Positions 47,354 to 57,114 of a stretch of 58,111 nt of DNA are shown piece after piece. Under the pieces are notes generated by a model. That model was not told the DNA's origin. It made no database searches and saw nothing but the letters and a program-made list of their open reading frames with translations. Position 1 is the stretch's first letter. Every line of letters starts with the position of its first letter. Source of the DNA: Acidobacteriota bacterium (GTDB lineage: Bacteria; Acidobacteriota; CAIWXX01); the NCBI GenBank assembly GCA_040755995.1, contig JBFMAF010000006.1:1-58111 (forward strand), read 5' to 3'. Position numbers and translations under genes: made by a program.

Positions 47354-49252
47354 TCACCTCTTCGCCAGGATCTGCTCCATCTCGTCCATCACATGGTTGA
47401 TCTCTTCCATTGCGTCTCGGAATGGGGCGCTGGTGGTCATGTCGATACCGGCGTCTTTCAGGAGGTCGATCGGGTAGTTCGACGAGCCCGCGGCGAGGAG
47501 CTTCAGGTACGCATCCCTGACCGGGCGCGGTCCGGTCGACCCCGAGGCCTCGGAGGCCTCTGAGGCCTCTGAGGCCTCTTCGCGAATGCGGTTTGCCAGG
47601 GCCGTGGCGGCGACCATGCTGGTCGCGTATTGGTAGACGTAGAAGCTCTCGTAGAAGTGCGGGATGTACGCCCACTCGACCGCGTAGAGATCATCGACCT
47701 TGCACACGCCCGCATCGTGCCCGTAGTACTGTCGCACAAGGGGAAGGTAGATCTCGTTGAGCTTGTCGCCGGTCAGCGTCTCTCCCGCCTCGGCCCTCGC
47801 ATGTATCATCAGCTCGAATTCGGCGAACATCGTCTGGCGGAAGACGACACCTCGGATGTTGTCCAGAAACTGCCCCAGCAGAAAGAGGCGCGTGGCGTCG
47901 TCTCTGTTGCTCTCCAGCATGTGGTGCAGCAGGAGGTTCTCGTTCAGTGTCGAGGCCACCTCCGCCACGAAGATCGACGGATCTGAATACATATAGGGTT
48001 GGTTCTTGCACGCGAGATAGGCATGCATCGAATGCCCCGTCTCGTGCGCCAGGATCGAGACGTCGTAGTAGCTGTCGTTGAAGTTCAAGAGCTCGTAGGG
48101 ATGCACATCGTAGGCCATTCCGTTGCTGTACGCCCCAGCCCTCTTGCCGTCAGTGGGGTAGAAATCGACCCAACGGTTCTGGTAGGCCGTCCGCACGGCC
48201 TCCACGTACGCCTTGCCGAGAGGAGCGAACGCATCGATCGTCATCTGCATCCCCTGATCGGCGCCGTAGGTGCGACCGGCCTCCTCGCCGATGGGCACGT
48301 AGAGGTCCTCGTAGCGGAGCTCATCCAGGCTCAGCATCCGGCGCCTGATCTGGAGGTACCGGTGAAGCGTCGGGAGCGCCGAATGGACGTCGGAGATCAG
48401 CTGCCTGTAGACCTGGGCCGGGATGCGGTCGCGATCAAGCGCGGCTTCCAGGCAAGAGTCGTACTTCCGGACGTCCCTGAGAAACATGTCGGCCTTGACG
48501 TTCGAGTACAGCGCAGTGCCGAGTGTCCGGCGGAATTCGTCGTAGCGGCTCCAGAACGCCTTGAACACCGCATCGCGGTCCTGGCGGTTGGGCGACGCGC
48601 GGTGTCTCGCATAGCCAGGCGCATCCAGCCGCACCTTCTCCCCGCTGCTGAGCACGATCTCGGGGAATGGCATATCCGCGTTAAGGAACACCGAGACAAT
48701 CGAACCCGCGCTGCTCGCAACACTCCCTGATCGAGCGACGATAGTTTCCTCGGCTGGCGTCAGCGTGTGCGACTCCAAACGGAGAATCTTGTCGAAGAAG
48801 TGTGCATACGTGCTGAGGCGCGGGTCTTCCGCCATGAATGCGTCTACCTTGGCGCGGCCCATGGCCAGGAGCTCCGGACGGACAAATGCACTCGCTGCCC
48901 TGAAGCTCATTGCCAGCTCCTCGGCGGCCTGGCGCATGTCGAGACCCGCCGAGACCCTCATGTCCTGATCGTTGAGCTGGCTGGCGTACATGAGGAGGCG
49001 CGACACTTCCTTGTCCATGTCCAGCATCGTCGTCAGCGCGTCATACAGGGTCGTCGCAGATTCCGCCAGGCGTCCCTTGTATGCCGCCATCTCGGGCAGG
49101 CGCTTCGCCGCAGATTCCTTCGCTTCGGCCCACGCCGCATCCGACGCATACAGGTCGGCGAGATTCCACCTGTACTTGTCCGGAATGGCCGCGCGGTCCC
49201 GGACCTCAGCCATCGTCGCGATCCCCAGTAGGAAAACAAGTGTGTATCTCAT
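47354..49252 (-). CDS. pepF: Oligoendopeptidase F (M3B)
   Basis: IPDKYRWNLADLY, GKRAGAYS, HETGHSMH, FVAEVAST, EWAYIPHFY..YVYQYAT. Confidence 0.92.
   Translation of the reverse strand: MRYTLVFLLGIATMAEVRDRAAIPDKYRWNLADLYASDAAWAEAKESAAKRLPEMAAYKGRLAESATTLYDALTTMLDMDKEVSRLLMYASQLNDQDMRVSAGLDMRQAAEELAMSFRAASAFVRPELLAMGRAKVDAFMAEDPRLSTYAHFFDKILRLESHTLTPAEETIVARSGSVASSAGSIVSVFLNADMPFPEIVLSSGEKVRLDAPGYARHRASPNRQDRDAVFKAFWSRYDEFRRTLGTALYSNVKADMFLRDVRKYDSCLEAALDRDRIPAQVYRQLISDVHSALPTLHRYLQIRRRMLSLDELRYEDLYVPIGEEAGRTYGADQGMQMTIDAFAPLGKAYVEAVRTAYQNRWVDFYPTDGKRAGAYSNGMAYDVHPYELLNFNDSYYDVSILAHETGHSMHAYLACKNQPYMYSDPSIFVAEVASTLNENLLLHHMLESNRDDATRLFLLGQFLDNIRGVVFRQTMFAEFELMIHARAEAGETLTGDKLNEIYLPLVRQYYGHDAGVCKVDDLYAVEWAYIPHFYESFYVYQYATSMVAATALANRIREEASEASEASEASGSTGPRPVRDAYLKLLAAGSSNYPIDLLKDAGIDMTTSAPFRDAMEEINHVMDEMEQILAKR
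47544..47579. repeat. In-frame 9-bp tandem repeat x4 (EAS) in pepF
   Basis: GAGGCCTC(G/T) four times. Confidence 0.9.
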
Positions 49253-49384
49253 ACAACGTCTCCCTTTCATTCGCCGCTTTCAGCATCGCTTCGAGACGAT
49301 TGCCTGTCGGGCGGCCGCGCCAGGATCCGACATTTCGCGCCGGCGCGCTGTGGCGCCATAGCAGGTCGGTCGAGGTCGCCCTTG

Positions 49385-50149
49385 TCATAGGCGCGTCGCA
49401 GTAGCACGCCCCGTCTCCAGGCGCCGGCGGACTCGGATATGCGCGTGATGCCCAAGCCATCGGCAGGCGTATATGAAGTCCCTCGGGCTCTTCCACATGT
49501 CCAGGTCGATGAACAGAGCGCGCGCGTGGAAGAGGAGGTTTTCAGTCATGGTGGCCACAGTCGACCGGTTGTGGTCATCGGTCTTCTGCTTCTTGAGCCC
49601 ATCGTAGAGCACTACCTTGGCCGGAACGCGGGAGTAGTCCGGGTAGTGCAGCATGTGATGCGGGATGAACTTCTTCGGGCCGTCGACCTGCAGAGTCTCG
49701 TGGACGGGTTTCACCCACCGGCATCGCTCGCGATCGTACAACCGGTAGTGGAAGCCCGGATAGGATTGTACGATTTTGCGAAAACGCCCCTCCTCATCGA
49801 ACGTCTTGCGCGGAAAGCAGTATGCCGCGTGCTCGTGGACCCGGCCCGAGTCGAACAGCTCGCCCAACGCCCGGATCAGCTCGGGCGTCAGCACCTCATC
49901 GGCGTCCAGGTGCATCACCCATCGATTCGTCGCCTTCGAGGCAGCCAGATTCCGCTGGGCCGAGAAGTCCTCCAGCGGGTTCGAGACCACGATGTCGGCG
50001 TGCCTGAGCGCCGTCGCGACGCTCCCGTCCGTGCTCCCGCTGTCGACCACCACGATCTCGCGCGTGAGCGGCCGGACATGCCCGAAGTATCTTTCCAAAT
50101 TCCTCTCCTCGTTGTAGCAGAGGAGACAAAAGGTGACCGGCCAGCTCAC
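49385..50149 (-). CDS. Glycosyltransferase family 2 (KdtX/LgtF-like)
   Basis: CYNEERNL, VVDSGSTD, FSAQRN, LDADE, VHE. Confidence 0.88.
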   Translation of the reverse strand: MSWPVTFCLLCYNEERNLERYFGHVRPLTREIVVVDSGSTDGSVATALRHADIVVSNPLEDFSAQRNLAASKATNRWVMHLDADEVLTPELIRALGELFDSGRVHEHAAYCFPRKTFDEEGRFRKIVQSYPGFHYRLYDRERCRWVKPVHETLQVDGPKKFIPHHMLHYPDYSRVPAKVVLYDGLKKQKTDDHNRSTVATMTENLLFHARALFIDLDMWKSPRDFIYACRWLGHHAHIRVRRRLETGRATATRL

Positions 50150-50155
50150 GTTGGC

Positions 50156-50184
50156 ATCATAGTCCCGCCCGAGGTGGGATTCAA
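50156..50184 (-). promoter_or_regulatory. Sigma70-like promoter, leaderless configuration
   Basis: TTGAAT-17 nt-TATGAT, 6 nt before GTG 50149. Confidence 0.6.
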
Positions 50185-50242
50185 TCGCTCTACGCGTTTG
50201 GCCGCCCCGAGACGGCACCTACGCGCGCCGGACCGCCCGCCC

Positions 50243-51217
50243 TCAGTCGCCTACAGGCGCCGCATCGAAGGCATATTCGCGGGCCACGCGCTCGACGTCT
50301 CCCAGCGCCTTCGCACGATTGACGGCGTTCCTGAACTCACCGCCTCCCCTCATTCCGCGCGTGAAATAGGAGACAAACTGCTTGAGGTGATTCAGGGCGT
50401 CGAAGGGATCGTCACCCTGGCCCAGCAGCTCCATGTAGCTCTCGAAGATCGCTCGCCTGGGCGGCGGGTGCGCCGGCGTCCCGGCTATCAGCCCGGCCGC
50501 TTCGGCGAAGATCGCGGGGTTTGCCACGGCACCTCGCCCGATCATCACACCGTCGGCCCGCGTGCGCTCGACCATCTCTACGGCCTGAGCCGCCGTCCTG
50601 ACGTCGCCGTTGCCCACGACCGGAATGCGCAGGTGCGCCTTGAGCCGCGCGATGATGTCCCAGTTCGCCACCCCGCCGTAGCCCTGAGCCGCCGTGCGCG
50701 CGTGAATTGTCACGAAGCTGATGCCGCAGTCCTCGGCGATCCGCCCCACCTCCATGCAGGCGTACTCGTCCTTCAACCCGGCGCGCATCTTGACGGAGAC
50801 CGGGAGAGCCGTCGATTTTACTACACTTGTAATAATCTCTCGGCACCGCCGCGGGTCATCCAGCAACGCGGCACCCGCGTTTCTCTTGACCACCTTCGGC
50901 ACAGGGCATCCCGCGTTGATGTCGACTCCGTCGGCGCCGAGTGATTCGACCACGCGGGCCGACTCGGCCATGGCCGCCGCGTTCGACCCAAAGACCTGGC
51001 AGGAGATCGGGTGCTCCTCGCTGGAGAATTCCAACAATCCGAGGCTCTTCCGTGAGCCCCGCGTCAGCCCCTCCGCGCTCACGAATTCGGTGAACACGAC
51101 GCCGCATCCGCCAAGCCGTCGAATCAACCGCCGGAACGCGGCCCCCGTCAGCCCGGCCATCGGCGCCAGACAGAGACGGAGTGCCGCCGGAGTGATGCCC
51201 GTGGAGTCGCTATTCAT
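50243..51217 (-). CDS. dusB: tRNA-dihydrouridine synthase
   Basis: LAPMAG, DINAGCPVPKV, GAALL, VSVKMRAG, IHART, GNGDV, DGVMIGRG. Confidence 0.9.
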   Translation of the reverse strand: MNSDSTGITPAALRLCLAPMAGLTGAAFRRLIRRLGGCGVVFTEFVSAEGLTRGSRKSLGLLEFSSEEHPISCQVFGSNAAAMAESARVVESLGADGVDINAGCPVPKVVKRNAGAALLDDPRRCREIITSVVKSTALPVSVKMRAGLKDEYACMEVGRIAEDCGISFVTIHARTAAQGYGGVANWDIIARLKAHLRIPVVGNGDVRTAAQAVEMVERTRADGVMIGRGAVANPAIFAEAAGLIAGTPAHPPPRRAIFESYMELLGQGDDPFDALNHLKQFVSYFTRGMRGGGEFRNAVNRAKALGDVERVAREYAFDAAPVGD

Positions 51218-51258
51218 GGGCCTGCTACCGCGTGGCCCGCTGCCCCGGGGCAGGTCTA

Positions 51259-51300
51259 CCCTTTCCCATTTCCCCTTGTCCCTTGACCCTTGTCCCTTCA
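51259..51300. repeat. Heptamer tandem repeat x6 between mutL and dusB
   Basis: ccctttc ccatttc cccttgt cccttga cccttgt cccttca. Confidence 0.8.
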
Positions 51301-53031
51301 CTTCCGGCGGAGGCCTCGGAGGATCTCGTCGAGGCCCAGCCGCACGATGATCGGCCGCCCGTGCGGGCAGACCATCGGCGTCGACGTGGCGAAGAGATCG
51401 TGCACGATGCGGTCCATCTTCCCTCTCGCGAGCGGCGTGTTGATCTTGATGGCCGAGTGGCACGCGAGGGACCGCAGGACGTGGAATTCGAGAAACGCCT
51501 TCAGGTCGCGGCCGCCGCTCCCTTCGACCGTGCGGACGAGCTCCGAGAGGAACTCCACCGCGCCGCTCTCCCCAAGCTCCACCGGGGCCTCCCTTACCAT
51601 CACCGATCGTGGTCCGGCCTCCTCGACGTGCAGCCCGTAGTTTGCCAGTACCGGGGCCTGTTCCATGATCGCGGCAAATGCCGCCTCCGAGAGGTCCAGG
51701 ATCGGGGGCAGCAGGAATTTCTGCGACGGAATGGCGGAGAGCTGGCTGCAGTAGCGTTCGTACAGTGCGCGCTCGTGTGCGTTGTGCTGGTCGACGATGA
51801 GTATTCCGTCGCGCATCGAGACGACGATGAAGCTGTCCGCGTACTGCCCCAAGATCGTAAAGGGCTCCTCCCGCAGACCGCTCGGCGCGGCCATCAACGA
51901 CTGCTGCGCGGGCGGCGATGGCGTGGAATCGGAGCGAACAGGCGGCGGGAATCTCGGCTGGAGCGGCAAGACCGGCACGCCTGGAGATCCATCCCCCGTC
52001 CCACGCGGTGTTGCGACCGCGCCAGCGAGCCCCAGCGAGACGAACGACTGCAATCGCCCCAGCCTCCGCTTCACTGCCCCCTGGAGGCTCTTGAATACTT
52101 CGCTTGTGTCCAGGAATTTCACCTCGATCTTGGTGGGATGGACGTTCACGTCGACGATGCCAGGCGCGACCTTGAGATAGATCACGGCGCTGGGGTTGGT
52201 GTCTCGCTGGAGGTACTCCTGGTAGGCCCGGCGCACCGCGAAAGCGAGCGTGCGGTCCTTCACGGGCCGGCCGTTTACGAACAGATGCTGGAAAGGCCGC
52301 TCGACCGTGCGCTCCAGCGGCGGTACGATGAACCCGTGCCACGAGAACGGGCCCGATGATTCCTCGAACTCCAGCAGCTCGACCTGATCCCCACAAACCT
52401 GCCGGATGCGTTCCAGCGCAGATGCCGCGGGTTCCAGGTGCAACTGCCTGCGCCCGTTGCTGACGGTCTTGAATGACACGGCAGGGGCCGAGAGCGCCGC
52501 CAACTCGACCGCGCGCATGATCTGACCGGCCTCGCCTCCTGCCGTCTTCATGAACTTCTCGCGCGCCGGGAAGTTGAAGAACAGGTCGCTCACTTGCACG
52601 ATCGTTCCGCGGGGCAGCGCTGCATCCTCGACGCGCTCCTTCACTCCGGCCTCGACCCTGACGTATGTTCCGGACTCCGCCGAGAGGTCGTTGGTCCAGA
52701 GCTGAAGGCGAGAGACGTCGGCGATAGAGGGCATCGCCTCGCCGCGGAAGCCGCGTGTCGAGACGTTCAGAATGTCGTCGGACGCGCTGATCTTGCTGGT
52801 CGCGTGCCGCTCGAAGCAGAGCAGCGCGTCCTCGCGACTCATCCCACACCCGTCGTCCTCCACGCGCACGACCTTCTTCCCGCCGTCCTCGATCTCAACC
52901 GTGATCCGGGCCGCGCCGGCATCAAGCGAGTTCTCGACGAGCTCCTTGACGACCGAGGCCGGCCGCTCGACTACCTCGCCCGCCGCGATCTTGGCTGCGA
53001 CCTCCGGCGCCAGGATCCTGATCACACCCAC
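51298..53031 (-). CDS. mutL: DNA mismatch repair endonuclease MutL
   Basis: IAAGEVVERPASVVKELVENSLDAGA, HATSKI, GFRGEA, DQHNAHER, ACH, CPHGRP. Confidence 0.96.
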   Translation of the reverse strand: MGVIRILAPEVAAKIAAGEVVERPASVVKELVENSLDAGAARITVEIEDGGKKVVRVEDDGCGMSREDALLCFERHATSKISASDDILNVSTRGFRGEAMPSIADVSRLQLWTNDLSAESGTYVRVEAGVKERVEDAALPRGTIVQVSDLFFNFPAREKFMKTAGGEAGQIMRAVELAALSAPAVSFKTVSNGRRQLHLEPAASALERIRQVCGDQVELLEFEESSGPFSWHGFIVPPLERTVERPFQHLFVNGRPVKDRTLAFAVRRAYQEYLQRDTNPSAVIYLKVAPGIVDVNVHPTKIEVKFLDTSEVFKSLQGAVKRRLGRLQSFVSLGLAGAVATPRGTGDGSPGVPVLPLQPRFPPPVRSDSTPSPPAQQSLMAAPSGLREEPFTILGQYADSFIVVSMRDGILIVDQHNAHERALYERYCSQLSAIPSQKFLLPPILDLSEAAFAAIMEQAPVLANYGLHVEEAGPRSVMVREAPVELGESGAVEFLSELVRTVEGSGGRDLKAFLEFHVLRSLACHSAIKINTPLARGKMDRIVHDLFATSTPMVCPHGRPIIVRLGLDEILRGLRRK

Positions 53032-53157
53032 GTGCGTGCCGCCCTCTCTCCGCGTCTACGCCTCACCGCGTCTTGGTGTCGGATTCCAATGATGACAATC
53101 CTGATGTAAAACACGGCCGTTCCAGAATCTACAGGCACGCGTGCGGAATTGCCAGCC

Positions 53158-53856
53158 CTACGGAACAGTGGGAGCTGTCGAACGGCGCTCGCCCTTCGCC
53201 GCGATCCAGAGCGAGGTCAACGCGGCGGCGATGGCCGCGGCGACCCAGAGCGACCCCCACACCAGAGACGGGATGCCGGTGTGGCTGGCGAGCATGTCCG
53301 CGTCCGAGCCGATGCCGGGCCTCCGTAGGACGTCGTCTATGATGTCGAGGATCGCATAGAGGCAGCTGGTGATGCCGATTACCTTGAGCACTATGTCGTT
53401 TACGCCCACCGGCAGCTTCCAGGCGGCCATGATCATCGCGACGGAGAAGAGGAGCCCCACGGAGAATCCGAAGGCGGATCGGACGTAGAGGAGGGTAATG
53501 ATCAACAAGAACAGGCCGATGGCTGCGCTGACGGCGCGGTCGTAGCGGGTGCGGGCGGCGACTATGAGGATCAGCGCGCCCCAGAGCATGCTGCCGAGGT
53601 ATCCTGCCGTGAGGATCACGAAAAGGTTGCCGCCCTGGACCCAGCAGCGTCCTCCCTGATTGGCATCCACGACCATCTGGAGAATCTCCCCGCCGGTGAG
53701 CACGGCGGCAATGCCATGGCTGATTTCGTGGAGGAGAACGACGAGGATCTTGAGCGGTGTGACGACCGGAGTGCCCCAGAGCGCAGCCACGGCAACGAAC
53801 ACGCCGAGGAGGACTCCCAGTTCCTTGGCGTCGATCCGGGATCCCGCTGTGCTCAT
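53158..53856 (-). CDS. Peptidase M50B-like membrane metalloprotease
   Basis: LHEISHG HExxH, AGYLGS, SDA; TM helices. Confidence 0.85.
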   Translation of the reverse strand: MSTAGSRIDAKELGVLLGVFVAVAALWGTPVVTPLKILVVLLHEISHGIAAVLTGGEILQMVVDANQGGRCWVQGGNLFVILTAGYLGSMLWGALILIVAARTRYDRAVSAAIGLFLLIITLLYVRSAFGFSVGLLFSVAMIMAAWKLPVGVNDIVLKVIGITSCLYAILDIIDDVLRRPGIGSDADMLASHTGIPSLVWGSLWVAAAIAAALTSLWIAAKGERRSTAPTVP

Positions 53857-53945
53857 CTGTATGGTGTGTGTGAGGCGCTCGGCCTGGAAGCATTCTCGTG
53901 CTTGTCGTGGCTGAGCATCACCGTACTCCATCGCCCAGGCGCCCT

Positions 53946-53999
53946 CGCGTCTCCGCATCTCCGTGTCCCCGCGTCTCCGTGTCCCCGCGTCTCCGCGTC
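53946..53999. repeat. Octamer tandem repeat (CGCGTCTC-like) x7, with a shorter copy at 53051-53073
   Basis: cgcgtctc cgcatctc cgtgtccc cgcgtctc cgtgtccc cgcgtctc cgcgtc. Confidence 0.85.
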
Positions 54000-54056
54000 A
54001 GCTCCATGTTCCCTCGCTGGTGTAGCTACTATGGCAGGAAAGTCGCCAGGCGAAAG

Positions 54057-54090
54057 GGGGTGTGTGACGCTCCAGACGTCACACACCTCC
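54057..54090 (-). terminator. Hairpin downstream of icd
   Basis: GGTGTGTGACG-ctccaga-CGTCACACACC stem followed by TTT on the minus strand. Confidence 0.65.
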
Positions 54091-54108
54091 GGTTCGTGTG
54101 ATTGGGTC

Positions 54109-55524
54109 CTACTTCATGTTCTTGATGATTGCGTCCGCGAACTCGGAGCACTTCGCTTCCTTGACGTCCTTGTGGCCCTCGGCCTTCATCAGGCGTGCGA
54201 AGTCGTAGGTGACGGTGTGGGAGTCGATGGTGCGTTCGAGCCCTCGGATCATCAAGTCGGCAGCCCCGTCCCAGCCCATGTGGCGGAACATCATTTCGCC
54301 GGAGAGGATGACGGAGCCCGGGTTGACTTTGTCGAGGTTCGCGTATTTCGGGGCCGTGCCGTGCGTGGCCTCGAAGATCGCGTGGCCGCTGACGAAGTTG
54401 ATGTTGCCGCCCGGCGCGATTCCGATGCCGCCCACCTGCGCGGCGAGCGCGTCGGAGAGGTAGTCGCCGTTGAGGTTCAGTGTGGCGATGACGTCGAACT
54501 CGTCGGGCCGGGTGAGCACCTGCTGGAGGGTGATGTCGGCGATCGAGTCTTTGATCAGCAGCTTCTGCTTCCACTTGCCGTCGCCGTGAGTAGGCCAGAG
54601 CGCGAGCGCGGCCTCGACCTCCTTGATGATCTCCGCCTTCTTGTCCGGGGCGAACATGTCGAACCCGGGCTCGATCATCGCAGCGTTCTCTTCAGCAGTC
54701 AGCGCAGAGTTGGCCTCCTTGTTGCCCAGTATCCAGCTCTCGCGGATCGTCACCACCCGTTCGCGAAACTCCTGGGTCGCGAGCTGGTAGCCCCAATCCT
54801 TGAAGGCGCCCTCGGTGAACTTCATGATGTTGCCCTTGTGCGTGAAATTCACGCTCTTCCTCTTGTGACGCAGCGCATACTGGATCGCGGCCCGGCACAG
54901 GCGCTTGCTCCCTTCCTCGGACACGGGTTTGATGCCGATGGCCGAGGACTCAGGGAAGCGGATCTTCTTCACGCCCATCTCCTTCATCAGGAACTCGATG
55001 ACCTTCTTCACGTCGGGCGTGTACGCCTTCCACTCCACACCGGCGTATATGTCCTCGGTGTTTTCGCGGAAGATCACCATGTCGACCTTGTGCGGCTCCT
55101 TCACAGGGCTCGGCACACCCTTGAAGTACTTCACGGGGCGCAGGCACACGTAAAGGTCCAGCATCTGCCGCAGAGTCACGTTCAGCGACCGGATGCCCCC
55201 GCCGATCGGTGTCGTCAGGGGGCCTTTGATACCAACCAGATACCTCCTGAACGCTTCTACTGTGTCCTCCGGCAGCCACTCGCCGAACTTGCGGAAGGAT
55301 TTCTCGCCCGCGAATACCTCCATCCACGCGATCTTCTTCTTGCCGCCATAGGCGGTCTCCACTGCGGCGTCGAAGACCCGCTTGGACGCGCGCCAGATGT
55401 CTGCACCCGTTCCGTCGCCCTCGATGAACGGTATGATCGGATTGTCGGGAACTTGGAGCACCCCGGCTTTCATTTCGATGGGAACTCCATCGTTGGGCGG
55501 GGTAACATTCTTGAACTCGGCCAT
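54109..55524 (-). CDS. icd: NADP-dependent isocitrate dehydrogenase
   Basis: [66 protein letters not shown]. Confidence 0.96.
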   Translation of the reverse strand: MAEFKNVTPPNDGVPIEMKAGVLQVPDNPIIPFIEGDGTGADIWRASKRVFDAAVETAYGGKKKIAWMEVFAGEKSFRKFGEWLPEDTVEAFRRYLVGIKGPLTTPIGGGIRSLNVTLRQMLDLYVCLRPVKYFKGVPSPVKEPHKVDMVIFRENTEDIYAGVEWKAYTPDVKKVIEFLMKEMGVKKIRFPESSAIGIKPVSEEGSKRLCRAAIQYALRHKRKSVNFTHKGNIMKFTEGAFKDWGYQLATQEFRERVVTIRESWILGNKEANSALTAEENAAMIEPGFDMFAPDKKAEIIKEVEAALALWPTHGDGKWKQKLLIKDSIADITLQQVLTRPDEFDVIATLNLNGDYLSDALAAQVGGIGIAPGGNINFVSGHAIFEATHGTAPKYANLDKVNPGSVILSGEMMFRHMGWDGAADLMIRGLERTIDSHTVTYDFARLMKAEGHKDVKEAKCSEFADAIIKNMK

Positions 55525-55643
55525 GATCAAACCTCCTGGGTCGTCTTATGATTCCTGTTCCGTGCCTGGGAGGAATCAAACCCGACCGGACTCCGAAAAG
55601 AGCCGCGCCCGGCGATCCTCCGCATCAACAATCGAGCGCATAC

Positions 55644-55672
55644 AGTGTAGCCGCGAGGCGCGCGGCGGTCAA
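55644..55672 (-). promoter_or_regulatory. Sigma70-like promoter of icd
   Basis: TTGACC-17 nt-TACACT. Confidence 0.6.
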
Positions 55673-55777
55673 CTCAGCGCAGTTGGCAGTTGTCAGCCGG
55701 TGGCGAGCCACCGCCGGCGGTCGCCGCCCGAAGGCCGCAACATGGCCTTAAATCCTATTCATTGAGTGGGAATTTAT

Positions 55778-56191
55778 CTACGTGCGTTTCTCCCTCGCCG
55801 CAGCCATGTGCAATATGGGCGCGGACGCACTCTGTGCAGGCCTCTGCTCGACGGCCGTCTCCATCTCGCACTTGCCCTGGAAAAGCGCCCCTTCCTCGAT
55901 CACCAGCTTCGGCGTGATCAGCGTGCCGTAGACGCGCCCCTTGGCGTGGATCTCTATCTTCTGGAGCGCCTTCAGCGTGCCTTCCACCTTGCCGCTGATC
56001 GACATGGTGCCAACCTCGATCTCCGCATCCAGCTCCCCCGTCTCGCCCACCACCAGCATGTTCGTCGACTGGATCTTGCCTTTGAACTTGCCATCGATGC
56101 GCATAAGGTCCTGGAAGCGCAACTCACCGGTGATCTCGGTCCCGCGATCCAGGAATCCGTTGAGATCCCCCTCACTGAACGGTTTCTTCAT
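55778..56191 (-). CDS. Bactofilin (polymer-forming cytoskeletal protein)
   Basis: GTEITGEL..RIDGKFKGKI..ISGKVEG..LVIEEGALFQGKC beta-helix. Confidence 0.92.
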   Translation of the reverse strand: MKKPFSEGDLNGFLDRGTEITGELRFQDLMRIDGKFKGKIQSTNMLVVGETGELDAEIEVGTMSISGKVEGTLKALQKIEIHAKGRVYGTLITPKLVIEEGALFQGKCEMETAVEQRPAQSASAPILHMAAAREKRT

Positions 56192-56247
56192 TCTACCTCC
56201 CGCGTCCTCGGACTGGACGTCGTCGATGTCACTTACACAGACTCCAC

Positions 56248-57114
56248 CTACGCGCCGGAGATCTGAGTCGAGCCCGCTCTCTTGAGGCCCTTCACGAGGA
56301 GATTGTAAAGCTTGTCCAGGCCGTCTTCGGAGTAAAAGTGAATGACGATCTGGCCTCCGCGCCGCGACCGCCGGATTTCCACCTTGGTCTGGAGCGCCCT
56401 GATCAGGGCCTCCTGCGCCGCGCGTGTGTTCGGATCCGGGTCCGCCTTCGGACCCTTCTTGCCCTTCTTCCCGTGCTGCCCCGCGAGCCGCTCGGCCTGC
56501 CGCACGCTCAGCCCTCGCTCCACGATCACCCGTGCGGCCCGCTTGATGTCTCCATCGCCATCGATTGCCAGAAGCGCCTTGGCGTGCCCGGCGCTTAGCT
56601 TTCCCTCCCTGATGAGATTCTTGACCTCCGCCGGAAGCCGCAACAGGCGGACGGAGTTGGCTACGGTCGACCGGTCCTTGCCGACCCTCTGCGAGATCTC
56701 CTCGTGCGAGAGCGAGTGAAAGTCGACCAGGGCCTGGTAGCCCTCGGCTTCCTCGATCGGGTCCAGGTCTTCGCGCTGCAGGTTCTCGACCAGGGCCAGC
56801 AGCCGCTGCTGCTGCGCATCGACCTTGCGGACCAGCGCCGGGATTCGACGCAGCCCCGCCGCGACGGCCGCTCGAAATCGCCTCTCGCCCGCCACCATCT
56901 GGTAGCCGTCGCCCGCGGGCGTCACGAGAACCGGCTGCAGGACGCCGTTGGATCGAATCGACGCGGTCAGCTCCGCCAGCGAGGCCTCCGGGAAGGCCGT
57001 GCGAGGCTGGTACGGGTTCGGGCGAATGCGCTCCACCTCGATCTCCCGAAAATCCTCTCGCTTCTCCGGAATCAGGGCACCCATGCCGCGGCCGAGCGCC
57101 GGTACCTTCTTCAT
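56248..57114 (-). CDS. parB: Chromosome partitioning protein ParB
   Basis: ALGRGMGALI, PNPYQPR, AGERRFRA, ENLQREDL, HTH GKDRSTVANSVRLL. Confidence 0.96.
   Translation of the reverse strand: MKKVPALGRGMGALIPEKREDFREIEVERIRPNPYQPRTAFPEASLAELTASIRSNGVLQPVLVTPAGDGYQMVAGERRFRAAVAAGLRRIPALVRKVDAQQQRLLALVENLQREDLDPIEEAEGYQALVDFHSLSHEEISQRVGKDRSTVANSVRLLRLPAEVKNLIREGKLSAGHAKALLAIDGDGDIKRAARVIVERGLSVRQAERLAGQHGKKGKKGPKADPDPNTRAAQEALIRALQTKVEIRRSRRGGQIVIHFYSEDGLDKLYNLLVKGLKRAGSTQISGA

Noticed and set aside
51218..52849. 868-aa ORF suggesting a large DusB fusion
   Set aside because: The upstream part is an alternative frame of mutL plus the heptamer repeat; DusB starts at 51217
53716..55551. Long antisense ORFs (also 30446-32056, 49439-50944, 32579-33817 and others)
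   Set aside because: Shadow frames of well-supported genes, expected at high GC; no recognisable motifs
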